This document shows positions 1 through 9,160 of a DNA stretch of 64,000 nt, one piece after another. The DNA comes from a virus (taxonomy: Duplodnaviria > Caudoviricetes): IMG/VR virus record IMGVR_UViG_3300048881_000755, positions 7,008 to 71,007 of that record. One strand, written 5' to 3'. Every line of letters starts with the position of its first letter. Positions within the stretch are counted from its first letter, which is position 1. A model generated the notes under the pieces. That model was not told the DNA's origin and searched no databases. It worked only from the letters and a program-made list of their open reading frames with translations. The position numbers were made by a program, and so were the translations under genes.

Positions 1-189
1 AGCTTAATCTCCTTTGAAGAATGGCTCAAAAGGAGTCTTACAATATATCCTGATGATGACTCTATCCCAAACGCACACATGTTGTCTCACCTGGAGTATC
101 TTCGAGAGGCTGTTTATGCGCAAAAGGTGAAAGAGAAAAGAAAATGGTTGGAAAAAATAGACTCTTTAATTGAGAGGGCCAAACAGTGA
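1..189 (+). CDS. 3' end of hypothetical protein (partial)
   Basis: Frame 1 is open from base 1 (SLISFEEWLKRS...IERAKQ) to TGA at 187-189, overlapping the GTG start of the next gene. Confidence 0.75.
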   Translation, partial: SLISFEEWLKRSLTIYPDDDSIPNAHMLSHLEYLREAVYAQKVKEKRKWLEKIDSLIERAKQ

Positions 190-1703
190 GTTCTGCAAAT
201 ATTAACGAGTATTTTCTCAGAAAACTTTCTAAGGTTAATATATCCTTTGAGTCAGAAGAATTTGGAATTTTAACAAAAAAGGGAGAAGAGTTAACTAGCC
301 TTGGAATAGATTCTGACGAAAAAATATTATCGTATAAATTGGCGAAAGCCGCTGGCCGCTCTCTTGGCTTAGAGGTACCTCAGAATGTTTATCGTAAGGC
401 TATAGACCAAAAGATTGTAAATAAAAATGATGCATATTTAATCCTTTTAGAAAATCGAATTGAAGAGCGTGGAATAAGAAAGGTTGCTTATCCGAATCCT
501 TTTGGTCAAAATTATGATGTAGAAGAAGAGGTGGACATAAATAAATGGTTAAAAACTGTTCATTTAATTTATGATTCCGTGCAGAAGGAACAGATGACAA
601 AGCAGAATGCCTTAGAGTATTATAGTAATTTTCTAGATATAGAGAGAGAAGAGGATACTCGATTTAAAAAATGGTTTAAATATTATAGTGAAGGAGAGCA
701 CTTGAAGTACTCTTCGAATGAGGAGCAAGATATGAAAAAGAGCGCTATTTACATGGGCAACCTGGGGCAAGGAAACAGCAACTACACGCATAGTCGAGGC
801 GGGTTTAATATGCCTGGAGATAGTTTCGATGGAGCGACCTTTGACGAAACAGCGGAGCGATCTAGAAGTAATGCCGATGAAGGTGATGCATTTAGTTCAT
901 GGAAAGGTAAGTTGCATGGAGCCTTAAGGCGCATAGACAAGCTTTTAAGAAGCAAACATATGGATGGAGAGAAATATAAGATGTTAGCAGAACATCTTCT
1001 CAATCTAAGTCATCAGGTTCATTGCTTAAAACTTGCAAGCACAATTTCTGACGTAACACACAGAACTGCAAATACTCTTGAGAAGCATGGGCAGAAAGAC
1101 GTGGCCGAGCTACTTGTAAAGATAGCCCAACAAGTGCCGGAAGAAGCTCCTATGCAGGAAGCTCCTATGCAGGAAGAGGGGCCTCCTCCCGGTGCCGCTC
1201 TGCCAGAAGAAGCTCCTATGCAGGAAGAGGAGCCTCCGGTAGAGGCCACTCCTGACCCTAACGACCCGAAGTCAGCTATACCCTCTGGAGATGATGTTGA
1301 CCCAGTAGAATTGAAAGACATAACTCCTGTTCCTGGGGCAAGACAGGGCGAGTATGAGGAGCTATCCGGGAATATTAGTCTTGATGATGCGGCAAGAAAA
1401 CTTGATGAAGTAGCTGGAATGCTTGCGGATAGAAGAATAATTAGACAGCTTGCTGAGTTTGATATAATGCTAGATAAGATTGGTATAGCATCAATGTTTC
1501 CTGAGCTTGCAGAGTCTCAGAGTAAACTTATTGATGCCTTCTCATACGCCTTGACTAGGGTTACCAAAATGATGGGACAGCTCGCTAATGCAAAATCTAT
1601 TTCAGACTCTAGGTCCGATTTGCCAGGAAGACCTGAACCTGAGAAGGCACCTCTTGAGACAGAAGAGCCTGAAGAGGAAGTATTTCAAGAGCCTGGGGTA
1701 TAA
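186..1703 (+). CDS. Hypothetical protein, probable internal head protein
   Basis: 505-aa ORF with K-x-A sites (KSA, KLA, KIA), an acidic Pro-rich repeat and a helical C-terminal domain; possible internal start at 732. Confidence 0.75.
   Translation: MSSANINEYFLRKLSKVNISFESEEFGILTKKGEELTSLGIDSDEKILSYKLAKAAGRSLGLEVPQNVYRKAIDQKIVNKNDAYLILLENRIEERGIRKVAYPNPFGQNYDVEEEVDINKWLKTVHLIYDSVQKEQMTKQNALEYYSNFLDIEREEDTRFKKWFKYYSEGEHLKYSSNEEQDMKKSAIYMGNLGQGNSNYTHSRGGFNMPGDSFDGATFDETAERSRSNADEGDAFSSWKGKLHGALRRIDKLLRSKHMDGEKYKMLAEHLLNLSHQVHCLKLASTISDVTHRTANTLEKHGQKDVAELLVKIAQQVPEEAPMQEAPMQEEGPPPGAALPEEAPMQEEEPPVEATPDPNDPKSAIPSGDDVDPVELKDITPVPGARQGEYEELSGNISLDDAARKLDEVAGMLADRRIIRQLAEFDIMLDKIGIASMFPELAESQSKLIDAFSYALTRVTKMMGQLANAKSISDSRSDLPGRPEPEKAPLETEEPEEEVFQEPGV
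1143..1223 (+). repeat. Three copies of 15-nt GAAGCTCCTATGCAG (EAPMQ)
   Basis: Copies at 1143, 1158 and 1209 inside the CDS. Confidence 0.85.
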
Positions 1704-1737
1704 CCTGAGGCAATAAGCAATATAGTTTGGATGAGTT

Positions 1738-2550
1738 ATGAATCTAGAGGAAATTTATAAAAATATATTAGATATATCATCTAGTAATTATATATCCGAA
1801 CCAATGATTGTTGGCGGAATTCCACGAGATATTTATTTAAATAAGATTACTAAAACTGATATTGATTTAACGACCAATGATGCAGACTCTCCTAGGCTTG
1901 GCATTTCCACCGCTATGCAGCTAAGGTTGGGATTTAAGATGTTCGAAGATGCCCATGTATCAGTTTACGCCGAGGGCAAAGCGCTTGATTTCTCAGGAAA
2001 CTTCATATCAGATAAGGCGGTAGGCTTCGCAGAGATTGAGTATGGGAATAAAGATAGGAACCTTTTTGAAGTATATAGCAGAGACTTTACAATAAACACT
2101 ATGCATAAAAAGCTTTTTGAGCATGAACTAATAGACATCACAGGCTTAGCGGTTAAGGACCTAGAGAACAAGGTAATAAGGCCTGTTACCACTCCAGAGA
2201 TCTGCTTTGAGGACGACCTGAGAAGAGTTTTTAGGGCAGTAAATTTTGCGGCAAGGCTCGGATTTTCTATTGATGGAGGCATAATTGATTATGCCAAAAA
2301 CAATATAAATATATTTTCAAGAGAAATGGGAAGGACGCTTCGAGATGCTTTTGTTACATCTATAATTGGCGAATCTATAAATGAGGATGCAGAAAAAACT
2401 TTGGGGTATCTTATGGATATGGGTATACTATCATTAATCCCCCTTACAGGGTCTTTTAAGGAAGAGCTTATAAAAAGAAAGATGATAGCCAAATACCTTG
2501 ATGACTCTATTACTTTAAATGATAAAAGTCTGGGGGATGCATATGCTTAA
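1738..2550 (+). CDS. tRNA nucleotidyltransferase / poly(A) polymerase family protein (class II, CCA-adding-like)
   Basis: Motifs IVGGIPRD, DIDLTT (catalytic DxD), SRDFTINTM and FEDDLRRVFRAVNFAARLGF match the head and neck motifs of class II nucleotidyltransferases. Confidence 0.85.
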   Translation: MNLEEIYKNILDISSSNYISEPMIVGGIPRDIYLNKITKTDIDLTTNDADSPRLGISTAMQLRLGFKMFEDAHVSVYAEGKALDFSGNFISDKAVGFAEIEYGNKDRNLFEVYSRDFTINTMHKKLFEHELIDITGLAVKDLENKVIRPVTTPEICFEDDLRRVFRAVNFAARLGFSIDGGIIDYAKNNINIFSREMGRTLRDAFVTSIIGESINEDAEKTLGYLMDMGILSLIPLTGSFKEELIKRKMIAKYLDDSITLNDKSLGDAYA

Positions 2551-2553
2551 AAA

Positions 2554-2560
2554 TACTAAT
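2554..2560 (+). promoter_or_regulatory. TAYTAAT putative late promoter element
   Basis: TACTAAT about 30 nt upstream of ATG 2591; the motif recurs in most intergenic gaps. Confidence 0.55.
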
Positions 2561-2590
2561 ACTTTATTCTTTTATTAGGAAGCATTAAAA

Positions 2591-3025
2591 ATGATTAGAG
2601 GAAAAACACATTTATGCCCCTTTGGATTGCCGGTACCCGGAGGGTGTACGTCGGCAGGGGGCTTGTCTGAGGAGGACGAGTCTGCCGTTATATCGAAGAT
2701 GGTTCCTCTTCATTTGGCCGAAGATGATGAGAAGAGACAAGCGATTTTAGAGGATAATTTAGAGGAAATGCTTTTAGCGGAAGAGCCAAAACAATGCCCC
2801 TTTGCTGACAGGATTTATGAAAGCAAGGAATCTGTAGATTGTAAGTTTGATGAAAACCAGCAGTCTATTCCGGCAGGAAGTGCTGGGTTAAATGGAAGTC
2901 CGATGTACCCACATATAATGATAGGAAATATGCCCAAAGCTCAATATGGTTATCCTATTAATTATTATTCTGATGATAATGAGAATACAGATGTTTATTA
3001 TGGAATTTATAGCTTAATAGGATAG
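2591..3025 (+). CDS. Hypothetical Cys-containing protein, possibly metal binding
   Basis: 144 aa; CPFGLPVPGGC ... CPFA ... VDC; SD-like AGGA upstream. Confidence 0.7.
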   Translation: MIRGKTHLCPFGLPVPGGCTSAGGLSEEDESAVISKMVPLHLAEDDEKRQAILEDNLEEMLLAEEPKQCPFADRIYESKESVDCKFDENQQSIPAGSAGLNGSPMYPHIMIGNMPKAQYGYPINYYSDDNENTDVYYGIYSLIG

Positions 3026-3033
3026 GAGAACAC

Positions 3034-4107
3034 ATGTCTAATAGTTTAAAAACAGTAACAATCTTTAAGGAAGCTAATTATGGTGATGCTACTTCCTACT
3101 CAGAAGATCATGTTTCTTTTTCGGAAGATGGTTTCGAGGGCATGTCTCCAGAGGAAATTTTTGGTGCAGGCACGGCCTCTGCTGATGTAGGAACAGGCGA
3201 TGAAGGAGAGACAATCTTTGAAGAGGATCTGGCCGAACTGAAGGACGTGACACTCGGAGATGTTCTTGAGCCTTTTTCAGAAGGAGAGGGAAGCCTTGGA
3301 GACTTAGGAGAGAGGCTTGAGGATCTTGATGAAGATGTGACCCAATTTGTAGAAGAGCATGGAGACATGCCTTTGTCTGACTTATTGCCGGGGGCTGATG
3401 ATTATAAGCCTGATGATGAGCCAGAGCCTGAAACAGATTATGCAAATGATAAAGATTTATCTAAGTTTATGAGCCATGTGGACGAATTGTATCCATCTCA
3501 GATTCCAAAGCACGATGGAACGTCTACGGTTGGGTGCGAAAGAGCCATAAGCTTCTTGGACAGAATGAATGGAGATATATCTAGAGCCATACGAGAAGAT
3601 CATGAGAGCGTCTTGGACATAGCCAAGCTTGAGGATGTCAGAGTAAATATCATGAGAGACGTGCTAGTTTTGAAGGATCACTTGGGCAAGCTGAAGAAAC
3701 AAATTAAGGACAATCATGGCCAAAAGGATTCTAAGGCATCTTCCGCCCCTAATTGGAAGAGCCCATCAGGAAGAAGCCTTTCATATAAGCAGCTTAAGGA
3801 CGCAGAGAAGTTAGAAAAGAAGGCTGCAACTCCAAATAATATTGTTATTGCAGTTTCTCCGTTCGAAAGAGCAATATCTGGAATGATGATTAATGCACAT
3901 GTTTCTGCGGGGCATCCAATGGAAGACGTCTATGCCTCCTTAAAGAAAAAGTACGATCTTACCGATCGTGAAGAGCTTTCTATTATGCAGTTATGTATGG
4001 ACAGTGGCTTTCATATCTTTAAAGACAGAGGCTCTTATGCTCCAGAGGTATCTAAAGATGACGGCGATAAGCGTGGAGTTGATTTCGTAAGAAATTATTT
4101 CTCATAA
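3034..4107 (+). CDS. Hypothetical protein with acidic N-terminal half, probable head core protein
   Basis: 357 aa; AGGAG SD; KEA and KKA sites; D/E-rich region. Confidence 0.75.
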   Translation: MSNSLKTVTIFKEANYGDATSYSEDHVSFSEDGFEGMSPEEIFGAGTASADVGTGDEGETIFEEDLAELKDVTLGDVLEPFSEGEGSLGDLGERLEDLDEDVTQFVEEHGDMPLSDLLPGADDYKPDDEPEPETDYANDKDLSKFMSHVDELYPSQIPKHDGTSTVGCERAISFLDRMNGDISRAIREDHESVLDIAKLEDVRVNIMRDVLVLKDHLGKLKKQIKDNHGQKDSKASSAPNWKSPSGRSLSYKQLKDAEKLEKKAATPNNIVIAVSPFERAISGMMINAHVSAGHPMEDVYASLKKKYDLTDREELSIMQLCMDSGFHIFKDRGSYAPEVSKDDGDKRGVDFVRNYFS

Positions 4108-4122
4108 GGAACAAGGAATATT

Positions 4123-4605
4123 ATGAAAGAATTATTAAAATTAGCTAATGAATTAGATAAAAAAGGCCTTCAAAAAGAGGCTGATGTTATAGACTCATTT
4201 GTGAAAGAGGCGGGCTTTATGTCGGTGGTAGGCGGATGGGTTGCTGGGAAGCTGGACCCAGAGACTCTTGCTGCGATAGCAGATCAACTGGATCCCGAAC
4301 GATTGGCGATGGTGGCCAAGGCAATGGATAAAGAAAAGCAAAAGGACGTAATTCGTATATTAGTTCAAGACCCAGAAATACGAGCTGTAGCATTTGAGGC
4401 ATTAAACATTGATCCTAATCTTGGCAATCTTGGTTTTGATGTTCTCAGGAACCTGCAAGGGCAAGGCCTAGATACCAAAAACCTGCCCCCAGAAGTCGCA
4501 GCCCTTGCTGGCTCAGCCGGTGGGGCCGCTGCTACTAGTCTTAAGGATTTACAAAATATGTTTGGGGCGAGCCTTCAAAAAGGCGATCCCATACAGGGGG
4601 AATAA
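4123..4605 (+). CDS. Small putative head cargo protein with shared N-terminal helical leader
   Basis: Starts MKELLKLANELDKKGLQKEADVIDSFVKEA, similar to the N-terminus of the next ORF. Confidence 0.75.
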   Translation: MKELLKLANELDKKGLQKEADVIDSFVKEAGFMSVVGGWVAGKLDPETLAAIADQLDPERLAMVAKAMDKEKQKDVIRILVQDPEIRAVAFEALNIDPNLGNLGFDVLRNLQGQGLDTKNLPPEVAALAGSAGGAAATSLKDLQNMFGASLQKGDPIQGE

Positions 4606-5072
4606 TGATTAGACGATTAACCAAATTAGTAAATGATCTGAACTCAATGGGACTTCGGAAAGAAGCCGACTATTTAGGCGCGATAATAAGACTTGCTGCC
4701 GATGAGAAGGGAATTACTCTCGATTTTGGGGATGAGGGTGACGAACAACAGATCCAGCAGGATTATGAGACATGGAATCAGGGTCGAAAGGAATTTCTTG
4801 AGCATGGCAAGATTCCCTTAGACGAGCCGGGAGAGATTCCCACGGAGACCCTCCTCTCATACTCCCCGCCGACAGATCCTACTGTCGCCAGGCTGGAGGC
4901 AAGAATTAGTATGCTTGAGAAAGAAGTCAAAAGACTAAAGGGCGAAAGTTATTCGGAGTGGTATGAAGAACAAGACGCAATGACTCAACAGGAGCATGAT
5001 AGAGCTTCGCATCAGCAAGATGTGATGGATATTTCTAGAGAATTTCATGAACATGAGATGGATGTAGATTAG
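4605..5072 (+). CDS. Small putative head cargo protein with shared N-terminal helical leader
   Basis: Starts MIRRLTKLVNDLNSMGLRKEADYLGAIIRLAA; TAATG overlap with the previous gene. Confidence 0.75.
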   Translation: MIRRLTKLVNDLNSMGLRKEADYLGAIIRLAADEKGITLDFGDEGDEQQIQQDYETWNQGRKEFLEHGKIPLDEPGEIPTETLLSYSPPTDPTVARLEARISMLEKEVKRLKGESYSEWYEEQDAMTQQEHDRASHQQDVMDISREFHEHEMDVD

Positions 5073-5096
5073 AAGTTTTGTAATGGAGAGTAGATA

Positions 5097-5684
5097 ATGA
5101 AGGTAAATAGACAAAACTTAACAGAAGAATATAGCACAACTGCTGGTTGGGTTAGAGATTTTTCTAATGGTTTAAGCAAAAATGCTGATTACCTTGACAA
5201 TCTTCGATCTATAATGAAGAAGCGCAAAGACTTTAAGACCATAGACGAAAAGATGGCAGACATGAAGGCCAGAGCGGGCTTTGATATTATAAAAAATGTT
5301 GACATCTCAGAAGAAAACACTACAAAGGAAGCAGGCTGCGGGTGTGGCAATACCTGCAAGGGGTGTTCCTCCAAGCCCTCAAAACCCTCCGACAAAAAAG
5401 ATTTGGCCAAAAAGTTAGGTGAGGTTATGAATTATATAGCTGCTTTCGTGAAAGACAGGCCAGACGCTGGCTATGGAGCCGTAATAACACACTGCAGAGA
5501 GCATCCTCATCTCGGCTTCGATAAGCTTGAAAGAAGGCTTAATCATAAGTTTAAAGATGCAGTGCGTGCCATTCTTAAAGGCCAAGAAAAAGATCCAGAA
5601 GCAGTAGAATATATACAGGGAGCCGATATGACTTCATCTCACGATGATGACATGGCCGAATACTATTCTCACGCTAATGGATAA
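5097..5684 (+). CDS. Hypothetical protein upstream of terminase
   Basis: 195 aa; GGAG SD; CGCGNTCKGC cluster; position compatible with, but not diagnostic of, a small terminase. Confidence 0.7.
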   Translation: MKVNRQNLTEEYSTTAGWVRDFSNGLSKNADYLDNLRSIMKKRKDFKTIDEKMADMKARAGFDIIKNVDISEENTTKEAGCGCGNTCKGCSSKPSKPSDKKDLAKKLGEVMNYIAAFVKDRPDAGYGAVITHCREHPHLGFDKLERRLNHKFKDAVRAILKGQEKDPEAVEYIQGADMTSSHDDDMAEYYSHANG

Positions 5685-5686
5685 GA

Positions 5687-7462
5687 ATGTCAAAAGAAAA
5701 GAAAGCAAATGAAAAGCTTTTTGAGCAGCTTAAAACTGGTTTTTTAGACTTTGATCCAGCTCATTTTGTTCAAAATAACCTTACTTTAGACGGAGCTGAC
5801 TTCCGGGTCCTTGATAATGGCTGGAAGTTTATGGCAGAGGTTTATCGACATATAGCGCTTCAAGCCACAAGAAAAGATGGAAAGCCTGTAGTTATAAAGA
5901 AGGGTCGGCAGGTCGGCGCAACAGTTATGGCGGGAGCCTTAGACCTCTTCTTTACGAACAGTGGTCTTTTTTGTGACCCGAACATTAGGGTTGTTCACTT
6001 ATTTCCTGCTTTAGCTCAGGTTAAAAAGTTTTCTCAAGATAAGCTTGAAACTTTAGTCAGAACTGCTAAAGAAGATTTTATAAATAAAAATAAGCTTATT
6101 AGTCAAAATTCTGTAGATAACTTAACGATGAAGCAGTTTAATACCGGAACCCTGTGGATAGACAGTCTCGGGTCAGACGGGGACAGGATTCGTGGTATGA
6201 CTGCAGATATTGTTTTCTTTGATGAGGTTCAAGATATGTTTGGGCATGCAATTGGCAACGCAACAAAGATCTTGACGGCAGCAAAGTACGGGCCGACTGG
6301 TCAGGGTGTTCAGGTATATTTTGGCACCCCCAAGAGTAAGAGCTCTTATTTCTCTACAATTTGGGATATGTCAGATCAGAGATATTACCACCTAGGGTGC
6401 ATCAATTGTGAGAAGACTTATCCGTTTTATTTGCCAGGAGATGATCGATGGAAATCTATATGGCTTTATGAAAATACTGTACAGTGTCCAGAATGCGGCA
6501 CTAAGCAGAAGAAGGTTGAGGCAGTAGAGCGAGGAAAGTGGGTATCGTCTAGAGACCCAAGGGAATGCGAGTTTGTTGGTTTTCATATTAATCAATTATA
6601 TATACCTTATTTTACTAGGGAAAATATAGACAAGCTCATGCCTGAAAATAATCCTGCTCAAACAGAGCGGATTTGGCAAAATGAAGTTGTAGGAGAGTTT
6701 TATTCTGGAGCTGGGTCACCTTTAACCAAGGCAGAGATTTATAGAAAGTGTAGAGATCAAGATAGAAGGTTCTCAAAAGATATAAACTCAGCAGATAAGG
6801 ATGTGTATCTTGGTGTTGACTGGGGAGGAAAAGAGGACGATCCAAATGCAAAGGGCGGGCAATCTTATTCCTGTGTGGTTATAATTTCAGCACAGCCAGA
6901 TGGAACCCTTTCTGTCGAACACGCTCATAAGCTCAAAAAGAATAATTTTTCATTCAAAAAAGATACTATAAAAGAGATGTATAGAAGGTTCGGAGTAAAA
7001 AGGGGCGTTTCTGACTGGTTTTTTGGGCAAGATGTAGTGCATGATCTTCAGGGAATTTATGGGGAAAAATTCTTAGGAGCACAAGGAAGCGGCAGCTTAA
7101 TAAAGCCTATAAAATATAGAGAAGATGAGCTTATCGTTTCTTATAATAAAGATCTTATGATAGAGGAGCTGTTTGATTTGTTCAGAAAGGGTAAAATAAG
7201 GTTTCCGTGGAAAAGTTACGAATATGTTGAATGGCTGATTGATCACTGTACTTCTATGGAGTCAAAGGTTAGAATCTCAGGTGGCCAGCCGCTTAAAACC
7301 TTTGTCAAAGGTTCAACGCCGAATGACGGACTCATGGCCCTAATGTATGCTTATATGGCATATAAATTTGATTTAACTAAAGGATTTACTATTAAACCTG
7401 GTTTAGATAGAAAGAGCGAATATCTACAGTCAACGTTGGCCAGGGTAACACGGAGGATATAG
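5687..7462 (+). CDS. terL: Terminase large subunit (lambda GpA-like)
   Basis: Walker A-like VIKKGRQVGAT, Walker B IVFFDEVQ, coupling motif FGTP, Zn ribbon CINC...CPEC, RNase H-type nuclease LGVDWGG ... NDGLMA. Confidence 0.92.
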   Translation: MSKEKKANEKLFEQLKTGFLDFDPAHFVQNNLTLDGADFRVLDNGWKFMAEVYRHIALQATRKDGKPVVIKKGRQVGATVMAGALDLFFTNSGLFCDPNIRVVHLFPALAQVKKFSQDKLETLVRTAKEDFINKNKLISQNSVDNLTMKQFNTGTLWIDSLGSDGDRIRGMTADIVFFDEVQDMFGHAIGNATKILTAAKYGPTGQGVQVYFGTPKSKSSYFSTIWDMSDQRYYHLGCINCEKTYPFYLPGDDRWKSIWLYENTVQCPECGTKQKKVEAVERGKWVSSRDPRECEFVGFHINQLYIPYFTRENIDKLMPENNPAQTERIWQNEVVGEFYSGAGSPLTKAEIYRKCRDQDRRFSKDINSADKDVYLGVDWGGKEDDPNAKGGQSYSCVVIISAQPDGTLSVEHAHKLKKNNFSFKKDTIKEMYRRFGVKRGVSDWFFGQDVVHDLQGIYGEKFLGAQGSGSLIKPIKYREDELIVSYNKDLMIEELFDLFRKGKIRFPWKSYEYVEWLIDHCTSMESKVRISGGQPLKTFVKGSTPNDGLMALMYAYMAYKFDLTKGFTIKPGLDRKSEYLQSTLARVTRRI

Positions 7463-7465
7463 AAA

Positions 7466-9154
7466 ATGAAAAGAATTGGTAAGCCGAACACAGATGTCTC
7501 CAAGAAAACTGCGGAATCTCTGTCTGAGGTCAGACGTGCGGAAATAACTAGCGCCGTTAATAAGCAGGCTGATTTGCGAGAAGTAGCAGGGCAGTATGGA
7601 GCAATCGCTCATAGCCCTGGATTTAGACATGCCGCCCCAGGCATAATGAAGACAGCCTCCATAGCCTCTCCTATGCCTGGCCCCACTGTTTCTTCGTCAA
7701 CAGATAGAATGGCACCAGAGATATATTCTCCATTATTCCAGCTTGCTAATTTAAATCTCCCAAGAGATAGGGTGACTATGAATGCCTGGAACAGGGTATT
7801 CTACGACACTCATCCAATTGTTAGAAATGCAATAAATTTACATGCCAGCTATCCTATAAGCAAGATAAATATAACCTGCAAAAACAAGCAGGTTCAGCAG
7901 TTTTTTATGGAAATGGCAGAAAAGATTGATCTGTATTCAGTGGTGTATGGAGCCGCTCTTGAGTTCTGGAAGATGGGAGAAGCCTTTCCATACGCAGAGC
8001 TTGACGAAAGTCTCGGTACTTGGAGCAGGATTACTATTTTAAATCCAGACTATGTACATGTAAAGAAATCTGTGATAGGAAATCATACTCTTGTATCTCT
8101 AAGGCCTGATGCAAATCTACAGAGAATAATAAGCTCAACATCCCCCTCTGATTTATCTATGAGAAAATATATTCCAAAGCATATAGTGGAGTATGTGAAG
8201 AAAGGCCAGAATATACCGCTTGACTCTTTTAACGTTTCTCACCTTAAGCTTTTAAGCTCTCCCTATGATGTAAGGGGAACGTCTGTCGTAGTCTCTGTAT
8301 ACAAGGACTTGATGCTATACGATAAGCTTAGAGAGTCAAAATTTGCTCAGGCAGATGGCATGATAAACCCACTCACCTTAGTTACGATGGGAGGAGAGGG
8401 CGATTATAGGCCGACCCAGGCTGACATAGAAGCTTTTAAGAATTTGCTAGAAGAAGCTCAATATGATAAAGATTTTAAGATCGTAACACATAATGGCGTT
8501 AAGGTGGAGCGAGTAGGCTTTTCTGGAGCTACAATGGATGTAGGCCCTGATATTGAACATATTATAACAAATTTATATGCAGGGCTTATGACTCCAAAGG
8601 CTTTGATGGACCAAGAGGCCGCAACTTATGCTAGCTCTTCCGTTGGGCTTGAGGTCCTTAGGCAGAGATATGATATCTTCAGAAATATGATGAAAAAATG
8701 GCTAGAAAGAAAGGTATTCGCTCCAATATGTGAGATTCAAGATTTTTTTGAATACAAAGATGGTGAAAAAAGACTTCTTGTTCCATCGATAGATTTTAAT
8801 CATATGAATCTATATGATATGGCAGACTACATAACTTCAATTGGCCAATTTGTAGGAAACAAGCAGGTTTCTCTGCAAACTCTTCATCGAAGTCTTGGTT
8901 TGAGCTATGAAGAAGAACGACGAAGAATTAGGGAAGAGATGATTGACGAACAGGTCTTTGCAAAAGAGCAGCAGGTACTTGGAAACATGAGGCTGTCTGA
9001 ACTGCTAGGGGTTGATCCGTCTAAAGCTATAGCTGAGCCGCCAGGAGAGGCTGGCTCTGCTGAAGCCGCTATTCCTGGGGTTGAAGGCGGCGATATGGGC
9101 GGCGGTGGCGCTCCGATGGGCGGGGATGCCGGAGGCGGCGAAGGCTTGGTGTAA
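7466..9154 (+). CDS. Portal protein
   Basis: 562 aa directly after terL; HPIVRNAINLHASYP, GEAFPY, ILNPDYV, HLK...RGTS pattern typical of portals. Confidence 0.85.
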   Translation: MKRIGKPNTDVSKKTAESLSEVRRAEITSAVNKQADLREVAGQYGAIAHSPGFRHAAPGIMKTASIASPMPGPTVSSSTDRMAPEIYSPLFQLANLNLPRDRVTMNAWNRVFYDTHPIVRNAINLHASYPISKINITCKNKQVQQFFMEMAEKIDLYSVVYGAALEFWKMGEAFPYAELDESLGTWSRITILNPDYVHVKKSVIGNHTLVSLRPDANLQRIISSTSPSDLSMRKYIPKHIVEYVKKGQNIPLDSFNVSHLKLLSSPYDVRGTSVVVSVYKDLMLYDKLRESKFAQADGMINPLTLVTMGGEGDYRPTQADIEAFKNLLEEAQYDKDFKIVTHNGVKVERVGFSGATMDVGPDIEHIITNLYAGLMTPKALMDQEAATYASSSVGLEVLRQRYDIFRNMMKKWLERKVFAPICEIQDFFEYKDGEKRLLVPSIDFNHMNLYDMADYITSIGQFVGNKQVSLQTLHRSLGLSYEEERRRIREEMIDEQVFAKEQQVLGNMRLSELLGVDPSKAIAEPPGEAGSAEAAIPGVEGGDMGGGGAPMGGDAGGGEGLV

Positions 9155-9160
9155 TGGGGT

